Source: the human T2T-CHM13v2.0 reference genome, Homo sapiens. From it: a stretch of DNA of 64,000 nucleotides. Every line of letters begins with the position of its first letter. The first letter of the stretch is position 1. This document shows positions 53,130 through 64,000 of the stretch, in pieces. Below the pieces are notes generated by a model, which did no database searches, was not told the origin of the DNA, and saw only the letters and a program-made list of their open reading frames with translations. The stretch lies in NCBI RefSeq assembly GCF_009914755.1, contig NC_060933.1; one strand, written 5' to 3'. The position numbers were made by a program, and so were the translations under genes.

Positions 53130-56100
53130 TCGTGTTGTTCCATTCCATTCCATTCCATTCCACTCCATTCCATTGCACTCGGGTTGATTCCATTCCATTC
53201 CATTCCATTCCATTCCATTCCATTCCGGATGATTCCATTCCATTGCATTCCGTTCCATTACATTCCCCTGCACTCGCGTTGATTCCATTCCATTCCATTC
53301 AATTCCATTAAATTACAATTCGTTACATTCCATTCTATTCCGTACCATTCCATTCCATTCCATACCATTCCATTCCATTCCATTCCATTCCATTCCGTTC
53401 CATTCCGTTCCATTGCATTCCATTCCATTCTATTCGGGTTCATTCTATTCCATTCCATTCCAATCCATTCTATTCCATTCCATTGCAATCGAGTTGAATC
53501 CATTACATTTCATTCCATTCCATTCCATTCCACTCCGGAAGATTCCATTCCATTGCATTCCATTCCATTCCATTCCCCTGCACTCGCGTTGATTAGATTC
53601 CATTCCATTCCATTCCATTCCATTCCGTTCCGTTCCATTCCATTCCATTCCATTCCATTCCAATCCATTCCATTCCGTTCCTTTCCATTCCATTCCATTT
53701 CATTCCATTCGGGTTAATTCCATTCCATTCCATTCGATTGCAATCGAGTTGATTCCATTCCATTCGATTCCATTCGATTGCACTCGGGTTGATTCCATTC
53801 CATTGCATTCCATTCCATTCCATTCCATTCCATTCCATTCCATTCCATTCCATTCCGTTCCATTCCTTTCCATTACATTCGGATTGATTCTATTCAATTC
53901 CCTTACACTCCATTACATTCCATTCCATTCGGGTAGTTTCCACTCCATTCCATTCCATTTCTCTCCATTCCATTGCACTCGGGTTGATTCCATTCCATTG
54001 CATTCCACTCCATTCGGGTAGTTTCCACTCCATTCCATTTCATTCCTCTCCATTCCATTGCACTCGGGTTGATTCCATTCCATTGCATTCCATTCCATTC
54101 CATTCAATTCCATTCCGTTCCATTCCATTCCATTACATTCGGATTGATTCTAATCAACTCCCTTACTCTCCATTACATTCCATTCCATTCGGGTTGTTCC
54201 ATTCCATTCCATTCCATTCCACTCCATTCCATTGCACTCGGGTTGATTCCATTCCATTCCATTCCATTCCATTCCGGAAGATTCCATTCCATTGCATTCC
54301 ATTACATTCCATTCCCCTGCACTCGCGTTGATTCCATTCCATTCCATTCCATTCCATTCCATTCCGTTCCGTTCCATTCCATTCCATTCCATTCCATTCC
54401 GTTCCGTTCCATTCCATTCCATTCCATTCTATTCGGGTTAATTCCATTCCATTCCATTCTATTGCAATCGTGTTGATTCCATTCCATTCCATTCCATTCC
54501 ATTCCATTCTATTTGGGTTAATTCCATTCCATTCCATTCTATTGCAATCGTGTTGATTCCATTCCATTCCATTCCATTCCATTCCATTCCTTTCCATTCC
54601 ATTACGGATGATTCCATTCCATTGCATTCCATTCCATTCCATTCCCCTGTACTCGGGTTGATTCCATTCCATTGCATTCCAACCCATGCCCTTCCACTCG
54701 TGTTGATTCCATTCTTTCCATTCCATTCAAGTTGAATCCATTCCATTGCATTCCATTCCATTCGATTCCATTCGATTGCACTCGGGTTGATTCCATTCCA
54801 TTGCATTCCATTCCATTCAATTCTATTCCATTCCATTCCATTCCGTTCCATTCCATTCCATTACATTCGGATTGATTCTATTCAATTCCCTTACACTCCA
54901 TTACATTCCATTCCATTCGGGTAGTTTCCATTCCATTCCATTCCATTCCTCTCCATTCCATTGCACTCGGGTTGATTCCATTCCATTGCATTCCATTCCA
55001 TTCCATTCAATTCCATTCCGTTCCATTCCATTCCATTACATTCGGATTGATTCTATTCAACTCCCTTACTCTCCATTACATTCCATTCCATTCGGGTTGT
55101 TCCATTCCATTCCATTCCATTCCACTCCATTCCATTGCACTCGGGTTTATTCCACTCCATTCCATTCCATTCTATTCCATTCCATTCCATTCCATTCCAT
55201 TCCATTCCATTCCATTCCGTTCCATTCCATTCCATTCCATTCCATTCCATTCAGTTCCGTTCCGTTCCGTTCCATTCCATTCCATTCCATTCTATTCGGG
55301 TTAATTCCATTCCATTCCATTCGACTGCAATCGAGTTGATTCCATTCCATTCCATTCCATTCCATTCCATTCCATTCCATTCCATTCCTTTCCATTCCGT
55401 TACGGATGATTCCATTCCATTGCATTCCATTCCATTCCATTCCCCTGTACTCGGGTTGATTCCATTCCATTCCATTCCAATCGATGCCATTCCACTCGTG
55501 TTGATTCCATTCTTTCCAATCCATTTAAGTTGAATCCATTCCATTGCATTCCATTCCATTCCATTCCCCTGCAGTCGGGTTGATTCCATTCCATTCCATT
55601 CCATTCCATTCCATTCCGTTCCGTTCCGTTCCATTCCATTCCATTCCATTCTATTTGGGTTAATTCCATTCCATTCCATTCCATTCCATTCCATTCCAAT
55701 CGAGTTGATTCCATTCCATTCCATTCCATTACATTCCACTCCATTCCAGTCCTTTCCATTCCGTTCCACTCGGGTTGATTCCAATGTATTCCTTTCCATT
55801 CCATTCCATTCCATTGCAATCGAGTTGATTCCATTGCTTTGCATTCCTTTCCATTCCATTCCATTCCGGATGATTCCATTCCATTGCATTCCATTCCATT
55901 CCATTCCCCTGCACTCGGGTTGATTCCATTCCATTCCATTCCGTTCCGTTCCATTCCATTCCATTCCATTCTATTCGGGTTAATTCCATTCCATTCCATT
56001 CGATTGCAATCGTGTTGATTCCATTCCATTGCATTCCATTCCATTCCATTCCCCTGTACTCGGGTTGATTCCATTCCATTGCATTCTAATCCATGCCCTT

Positions 56101-57950
56101 CCACTCGTGTTGATTCCATTCATTCCATTCCATTCAAGTTGAATCCATTCCATTGCATTCCATTCCATTCGATTCCATTCGATTGCACTCGGGTTGATTC
56201 CATTCCATTGCATTCCATTCCATTCCATTCCATTCCATTACATTCGGATTGATTCTATTCAATTCCCTTACACTCCATTACATTCCATTCCATTCGGGTA
56301 GTTTCCATTCCATTCCATTCCATTCCTCTCCATTCCATTGCACTCGGGTTGATTCCATTCCATTGCATTCCATTCCATTCCATTCAATTCCATTCCGTTC
56401 CATTCCATTCCATTAAATTCGGATTGATTCTATTCAACTCCCTTACTCTCCATTACATTCCATTGCATTCGGGCTGTTCCATTCCATTCCATTCCATTCC
56501 ACTCCATTCCATTGCACTCGGGTTGATTCCATTCCATTCCATTCCGGAAGATTCCATTCCATTGCATTCCATTCCATTCCATTCCCCTGCACTCGCGTTG
56601 ATTCCATTCCATTCCATTCCATTCCATTCCTTTCCGTTCCATTCCATTCCATTCCATTCCATTCCATTCCATTCCATTCCGTTCCGTTCCGTTCCATTCC
56701 ATTCCATTCCATTCTATTCGGGTTAATTCCATTCCATTCCATTCGATTGCAATCAAGTTGATTCCATTCCATTCCATTCCATTCCATTCCATTCCATTCC
56801 ATTCCATTCCGGATGATTCCATTCCAATGCATTCCATTCCATTCCATTCCCCTGTACTCGGGTTCATTCCATTCCATTCCATTCCAATCCATGCCATTCC
56901 ACTCGTGTTGATTCCATTCTTTCCATTCCAGTCAAGTTGAATCCATTCCATTGCATTCCATTCCATTCCATTCCCCTGCAGTCGGGTTGATTCCATTCCA
57001 TTCCATTCCATTCCATTCCGTTCCGTTCCGTTCCATTCCATTCCATTCCATTCTATTCGGGTTAATTCCATTCCATTCCATTCCTTTCCATTCCATTCCA
57101 ATCGAGTTGATTCCATTCCATTCCATTCCATTCCATTCCATTCCATTCCACTCCGTTCCAGTCCTTTCCATTCCATTCCACTCGGGTTGATTCCAATGTA
57201 TTCCTTTCCATTCCATTCCATTCCATTGCAATCGAGTTGATTCCATTGCTTTGCATTCCATTCCATTCCATTCCATTCCGGATGATTCCATTCCATTGCA
57301 TTCCATTCCATTCCATTCCCCTGCACTCGGGTTGATTCCATTCCATTCCATTCCGTTCCGTTCCATTCCATTCCATTCCATTCTATTCGGGTTAATTCCA
57401 TTCCATTCCATTCGATTGCAATCGTGTTGATTCCATTCCATTCCATTCCATTCCATTCGATTCCATTCCATTCCTTTCCATTCCATTATGGATGATTCCA
57501 TTCCATTGCATTCCATTCCATTCCATTCCCCTGTACTCGGGTTGACTCCATTCCATTGCATTCCAATCCATGCCCTTCCACTCGTGTTGATTCCATTCTT
57601 TCCATTCCGTTCAAGTTGAATCCACTCCATTGCATTCCATTCCATTCGATTCCATTCGATTGCACTCGGGTTGATTCCATTCCATTGCATTCCATTCCAT
57701 TCCATTCCATTCCATTCCATTCCGTTCCATTCCATTCCATTACATTCAGATTGATTCTATTCAATTCCCTTACACTCCATTACATTCCATTCCATTCGGG
57801 TAGTTTCCATTCCATTCCATTCCATTCCTCTCCATTCCATTGCACTCGGGTTGATTCCATTCCATTGCATTCCATTCCATTCCACTCAATTCCATTCCGT
57901 TCCATTCCATTCCATTACATTCGGATTGATTCTATTCAACTCCCTTACTC
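53130..57950 (+). repeat. Copy of ~33410-38330 (offset 19728 falling to 19623)
   Basis: Identical translated ORFs 34256 = 53984, 34175 = 53903, 34832 = 54550, 36726 = 56349 and 36820 = 56443. Private markers CATTAAATTACAATTCGTTAC, GTTGATTAGATTCC, CCAACCCATGCCC, AATCGATGCC and CCATTTAAGTTGA. Confidence 0.93.
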
Positions 57951-60900
57951 TTCATTACATTCCATTCCATTTGGGTTGTTCCATTCCATTCCATTCCATT
58001 CCACTCCATTCCATTGCACTCGGGTTTATTCAATTCCATTCCATTTCATTCCATTCCATTCCATTCCAATCCGGAAGATTCCATTCCATTGCATTCCATT
58101 CCGTTCCATTCCCCTGCACTCGCGTTCATTCCATTCCATTCCATTAAATTCCATTCCATTCCATTCCATTCCTTTCCGTTCCATTCCATTCCTTTCCATT
58201 CGATTGCAATGGAGTTGATTCCATTCCATTCCATTCCATTCCATTCCATTCCATTCCATTCCTTTCCATTCCATTACGGATGATTCCATTCCATTGCATT
58301 ACATTCCATTCCATTCCCCTGTACTCGGGTTGATTCGTTTCCTTTCCATTCCATTCCATTCTATTCCATTCCATTCCATTCCATTCCGGAAGTTTCCATT
58401 CCATTGCATTCCATTCCATTCCATTCCCCTGCACTCGCGTTGATTCCATTCCATTCCATTCCATTCCATTCCATTCCATTCCATTCCATTCCGATCCGTT
58501 CCATTCCATTCCATTCCATTCCATTCCGTTCCGTTCCATTCCATTCCATTCCATTCCATTCTATTCGGGTTAATTCCATTCCATTCCATTGAATTGCAAT
58601 CGAGTTGATTCCATTCCATTCCATTCCATTCCATTCCATTCCATTCCATTCCTTTCCATTACATTACGGGTGTTTCCATTCCATTTCATTCCATTCCATT
58701 CCATTCCCCTGTACTCGGGTTGATTCTATTCCATTCTATTCCAATCCATGCCATTCCACTCGTGTTGATTCCATTCTTTCCATTCCATTCAAGTTGAATC
58801 CATTCCGTTGCATTCCATTCCATTCGATTCCATTCGATTGCACTCGGGTTGATTCCATGGCATTGCTTTCCATTCCATTCCATTCCATTCCATTCGGATT
58901 CATTCTATTCAATTCCCTTACACTCCATTACATTCCAATCCATTCGTGTAGTTTCCATTCCATTCCATTCCATTCCTCTCCATTCCATTGCACTCGGGTT
59001 GATTCCATTCCATTCCATTCCATTCCATTCCATTCCATTCCATTCCGGATGATTCCATTCCATTGAATTCCATTCCATTCCATTCCCCTGCACTTGGGTT
59101 GATTCCATTCCATTCCATTCCATTCCTTTCTGTTCCATTGCATTCCATTCCATTCCATTCTACTCGTGTTAATTCCGTTCCATTCTATTCCATTCCATTC
59201 CATTGAAATCGAGTTGATTCCATTCCATTCAATTCCATTCCATTCCATTCCATTACATTCCATTCCATTCGGGATGATTCCATTCCATTGCATTCCATTC
59301 CATTCCATTCCCCTGCACTCGGGTTGATTCCATTCCGTTCCATTCCATTACATTCCATTCCATTCCGTTCCATTTCATTCTATTCGGGTTAATTCCATTC
59401 CATTCCATTCCACTCCATTCCAGTCCTTTCCATTCCATTCCACTCGGGTTGATTCCATTCTATTCCTTTCAAATCCATTCCATTCCATTGCAATCGAGTG
59501 GATTCCATTCCAGTTGAATCCATTCCGTTCCATTCCATTCCATTCCATTCCATTGCACACGGGTTCATTCCATTCCATTCCATTCCATTACATTCCATTC
59601 CATTCCATTCCATTTCATTCCATTCCATTCTATTCCGTACCATTCCATTCCATCCCATTCCATTCCGTTCCATTCCATGCCATTACACTCGGGTTGATTC
59701 CATTCCTTTCCATTCCATTCTTGTTGAATCCATTCCATTCCATTCCATTCGAATCCATTCCATTGCACTCGGGTTGATTCCATTCCTTTCCATTCCATTC
59801 CATTTCATTCCATTCCATTCCGTTACATTCGGATTGATTCTATTCAATTCCCTTACACTCCATTACATTCCATTCCATTCGGGATGTTTCCATTCCATTC
59901 CATTCCATTCCACTCCATTCCATTGCATCAGGTTGATTGCATTCCATTCCATTCCATTCCATTCCGGATGATTCCATTCCATTGCATTCCATTCCATTCC
60001 ATTCCCCTGCACTCGGGTTGATTCCATTCCATTCCATTCCATTCCATTCCATTCCATTCCATTCCATTCCATTCCATTCCGTTCCATTGCATTCCATTCC
60101 ATTCTATTCCGGTTAATTCCATTCCATTCCATTCGATTCCATTCCATTCCATTCCATTCCATTGCAGTCGGGTTGATTCCATTCCATTCCATTCCATTCC
60201 ATTCCATTCCATTCCATTCCTTTCCGTTCCATTCCATTCCATTCCATTCTATTCGGGTTATTTCCATTCCATTCCATTCCATTCCATTCCATTCCATTCC
60301 GTTCCATTCCATTCCATTCCATTCTATTCGGGTTAATTCCATTCCTTTCCATTCCATTCCATTCCATTCCATTCCATTCCAATCGAGTTGATTCCATTCC
60401 ATTCCATTCCATTCCATTCCATTCCACTACATTCCAGTCCTTTCCATTCCATTACACTCGGGTTGATTCCATTCCATTCCTTTCCATTCCATTCCATTCC
60501 AGTGCAATCGAGTTGATTCCATTGCTTTTCATTCCATTCCATTCCATTCCATTCCTTTCCGGATGATTCCATTCCATTGCATTCCATTCCATTCCATTCC
60601 CCTGCACTCGGGTTGATTCCATTCCATTCCACTCCATTCCGTTCCATTCCATTCCATTCCATTGTATTCGGGTTAATTCCATTCCATTCCATTCCATTCC
60701 ATTCCATTCCATTCCATTCCATTCCATTCCATTACAATCGAGTTGATTCCATTCCATTCCATTCCATTCCATTCCATTCCATTCCATTCCATTCCGGATG
60801 ATTCCATTCCATTCCATTCCGTTCCATTCCATTCCATTGTACTCAGGTTGATTCCATTCCATTGCATTCCATTCCATTCCATTCCATTCCATTCCATTCC

Positions 60901-63900
60901 ATTCCATTCCGGATGATTCCATTCCATTCCATTCCGTTCCATTCCATTCCATTGTACTCAGGTTGATTCCATTCCATTGCATTCCATTCCATTCCATTCC
61001 ATTTCATTCCGTTTCATTCCATTCCATTACATTCGGATTGATTCTATTCAATTCCCTTACTCTCCTTTACATTCTATTCCATTCGGGTTGTTCCATTCCA
61101 TTCCATTCCATTCCACTCCATTCCTTTGCACTCGGGTTGATTCCATTCCATTCCATTCCATTCCATTCCATTCCATTCCGGATGATTCCATTCCATTGCA
61201 TTCCGTTCCATTACATTCCCCTGCACTCGCGTTGATTCCATTCCATTCCATTCAATTCCATTCCATTACAATTCGTTCCATTCCATTCTATTCCGTACCA
61301 TTCCATTCCATTCCATACCATTCCATTGCATTCCATTCCATTCCATTCCTTTCCATTCCGTTCCATTGCATTCTATTCGGGTTAATTCCATTCCATTCCA
61401 TTCCATTCCATTCCATTCTATTCCATTCCATTGCAATCGAGTTGAATCCATTGCATTTCATTCCGTTCCATTCCATTCCATTCCATTCCGGAAGATTCCA
61501 TTCCATTGCATTCCATTCCATTCCATTCCCCTGCACTCGCGTTGATTCCATTCCATTCCATTCCATTCCATTCCATTCCATTCCGTTCCGTTCCATTCCA
61601 TTCCATTCCATTCCATTCCATTCCATTCCGTTCCGTTCCATTCCATTCCATTCCATTCTAGTCGGGTTAATTCCATTCCATTCCATTCGATTGTAATCGT
61701 GTTGATTCCATTCCATTCCATTCCATTCCATTCCATTCCATTCCATTCCATTCCTTTCCATTCCATTACGGATGATTCCATTTCATTGCATTCCATTCCA
61801 TTCCATTCCCCTGTACTCGGGTTGATTCCATTCCATTGCATTCCAATCCATGCCCTTCCACTCTTGTTGATTCCATTCATTCCATTCCATTCAAGTTGAA
61901 TCCATTCCATTGCATTCCATTCCATTCGATTCCATTCGATTGCACTCGGGTTGATTCCATTCCATTGCATTCCATTCCTTTCCATTCCTTTCCATTCCAT
62001 TCCATTCCATTCCGTTCCATTCCATTCCATTACATTCGGATTGATTCTATTCAATTCCCTTACACTCCATTACATTCCATTCCATTCGGGTAGTTTCCAT
62101 TCCATTCCATTCCATTCCTCTCCATTCCATTGCACTCGGGTTGATTCCATTCCATTGCATTCCATTCCATTCCACTCAATTCCATTCCGTTCCATTCCAT
62201 TCCATTACATTCGGATTGATTCTATTCAACTCCCTTACTCTTCATTACATTCCATTCCATTTGGGTTGTTCCATTCCATTCCATTCCATTCCACTCCATT
62301 CCATTGCACTCGGGTTTATTCAATTCCATTCCATTTCATTCCATTCCATTCCATTCCAATCCGGAAGATTCCATTCCATTGCATTCCATTCCGTTCCATT
62401 CCCCTGCACTCGCGTTCATTCCATTCCATTCCATTAAATTCCATTCCATTCCATTCCATTCCTTTCCGTTCCATTCCATTCCTTTCCATTCGATTGCAAT
62501 GGAGTTGATTCCATTCCATTCCATTCCATTCCATTCCATTCCATTCCATTCCTTTCCATTCCATTACGGATGATTCCATTCCATTGCATTACATTCCATT
62601 CCATTCCCCTGTACTCGGGTTGATTCGTTTCCTTTCCATTCCATTCCATTCTATTCCATTCCATTCCATTCCATTCCGGAAGTTTCCATTAAATTGCATT
62701 CCATTCCATTCCATTCCCCTGCACTCGCGTTGATTCCATTCCATTCCATTCCATTCCATTCCATTCCATTCCATTCCATTCCATTCCATTCCGATCCGTT
62801 CCATTCCATTCCATTCCATTCCATTCTGTTCCGTTCCATTCCATTCCATTCCATTCCATTCTATTCGGGTTAATTCCATTCCATTCCATTGAATTGCAAT
62901 CGAGTTGATTCCATTCCATTCCATTCCATTCCATTCCATTCCATTCCATTCCTTTCCATTACATTACGGGTGTTTCCATTCCATTTCATTCCATTCCATT
63001 CCATTCCCCTGTACTCGGGTTGATTCTATTCCATTCTATTCCAATCCATGCCATTCCACTCGTGTTGATTCCATTCTTTCCATTCCATTCAAGTTGAATC
63101 CATTCCGTTGCATTCCATTCCATTCGATTCCATTCGATTGCACTCGGGTTGATTCCATGGCATTGCTTTCCATTCCATTCCATTCCATTCCATTCGGATT
63201 CATTCTATTCAATTCCCTTACACTCCATTACATTCCAATCCATTCGTGTAGTTTCCATTCCATTCCATTCCATTCCTCTCCATTCCATTGCACTCGGGTT
63301 GATTCCATTCCATTCCATTCCATTCCATTCCATTCCATTCCATTCCGGATGATTCCATTCCATTGAATTCCATTCCATTCCATTCCCCTGCACTTGGGTT
63401 GATTCCATTCCATTCCATTCCATTCCTTTCTGTTCCATTGCATTCCATTCCATTCCATTCTACTCGTGTTAATTCCGTTCCATTCTATTCCATTCCATTC
63501 CATTGAAATCGAGTTGATTCCATTCCATTCAATTCCATTCCATTCCATTCCATTACATTCCATTCCATTCGGGATGATTCCATTCCATTGCATTCCATTC
63601 CATTCCATTCCCCTGCACTCGGGTTGATTCCATTCCGTTCCATTCCATTACATTCCATTCCATTCCGTTCCATTTCATTCTATTCGGGTTAATTCCATTC
63701 CATTCCATTCCACTCCATTCCAGTCCTTTCCATTCCATTCCACTCGGGTTGATTCCATTCTATTCCTTTCAAATCCATTCCATTCCATTGCAATCGAGTG
63801 GATTCCATTCCAGTTGAATCCATTCCGTTCCATTCCATTCCATTCCATTCCATTGCACACGGGTTCATTCCATTCCATTCCATTCCATTACATTCCATTC

Positions 63901-64000
63901 CATTCCATTCCATTTCATTCCATTCCATTCTATTCCGTACCATTCCATTCCATCCCATTCCATTCCGTTCCATTCCATGCCATTACACTCGGGTTGATTC
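57770..64000 (+). repeat. Tandem higher-order repeat with ~4.29-4.30 kb period (about 1.45 copies visible, truncated by the window end)
   Basis: Identical translated ORFs 57851 = 62141, 58014 = 62304 (+4290); 58605 = 62905, 58905 = 63205, 59389 = 63689 (+4300). EcoRI sites at 59065 and 63365. Confidence 0.9.
60900..63770 (+). repeat. Copy of ~46215-49065 (offset ~14.69-14.71 kb); 57770-59470 is a partial copy of the same block (offset 10407)
   Basis: Identical translated ORFs 47139 = 61836, 47254 = 61951 and 48498 = 58905 = 63205. Private markers GTACTCAGGTTGA, CTCCTTTACATTCT, CTAGTCGGG, GATTCGTTTCC and TACGGGTGTTTCC. Confidence 0.9.

Larger units (their letters stand above)
1..64000 (+). 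repeat. Satellite III (HSat3-type) (CATTC)n tandem array, C-rich strand on +, continuing past both window ends
   Basis: Continuous CCATT pentamers over the whole window, interspersed with ACTCGGGTTGA (reverse complement CAACCCGAGT, the classical satellite 3 decamer) and variants such as ACTCGCGTTGA, AATCGAGTTGA and TATTCGGGTTAA. Long pure CCATT runs, rather than dense CATTCGATTC/GATG units, argue for HSat3 over HSat2. G is confined to landmark motifs and CCGTT/TTGCA-type pentamer variants. No strand switch seen. Confidence 0.97.

Noticed and set aside
91-63973. Hundreds of ORFs of 60-348 aa on both strands
   Set aside because: All are MEWNG or FHSIP pentapeptide repeats, overlapping in every frame because (GGAAT)n has no stop codon and supplies many ATGs. 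There are no domains or gene structure, so none is called as CDS.
1-64000. CRISPR-like pattern of conserved motifs separated by spacers
   Set aside because: The spacers are CCATT repeats rather than unique sequence, the lengths are irregular, and there are no cas genes or leader.
1-64000. Transposon insertion, inversion or unique-sequence island
   Set aside because: No poly-A tail, target-site duplication, Alu/L1/LTR-like sequence or GGAAT-on-plus segment was seen. Even the most diverged patches retain the pentamer frame.
1-64000. HSat2, alpha satellite, telomeric repeat or Y-chromosome DYZ1
   Set aside because: No dense CATTCGATTC/GATG units, no 171-bp monomer or CENP-B box seen, no TTAGGG, and no regular ~3.6 kb period.
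1-64000. A single uniform higher-order repeat across the window
   Set aside because: Marker spacings are heterogeneous (2.92, 4.24, 4.3, 4.85, 5.63, ~6.5, 10.4, 11.23, 14.7 and 19.7 kb). The structure is a patchwork of nested duplications.
1-64000. Canonical G-quadruplex motifs on the G-rich strand
   Set aside because: Runs of three or more G are isolated, tens to hundreds of bases apart. The unusual G:A-paired folds known for (GGAAT)n are generic to this satellite and not specific to this window.
1-64000. Pathogenic SCA31-type (TGGAA)n expansion locus
   Set aside because: There is no flanking unique or intronic sequence and no TAAAA/TAGAA tracts. The diverged landmark structure is that of pericentromeric satellite.

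Overview
The whole 64 kb is one uninterrupted, single-orientation array of classical satellite III (HSat3-type, (CATTC/GGAAT)n, C-rich strand on +). It is punctuated by the diagnostic ACTCGGGTTG (CAACCCGAGT) decamer and its derivatives, and is most likely human or great-ape pericentromeric heterochromatin (9q12-like is plausible but unproven). I see no real genes, RNA genes, transposon insertions, CRISPR arrays or inversions. Every ORF in the track is poly-(MEWNG)/(FHSIP), the automatic translation of the pentamer. I found no new protein-coding system. What the window does show is hidden structure: (1) a cyclic order of landmark motifs defining an old ~0.82-0.93 kb monomer; (2) roughly 40 perfect nTTCnnGAAnnTTCn heat-shock elements at one landmark; (3) about 100 register slips that are almost all -1 nt; (4) a nested series of in-register duplications (offsets ~25 bp to ~19.7 kb), ending in what looks like a young ~4.3 kb higher-order repeat at the right edge. 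All counts and boundaries were read by eye and are approximate.
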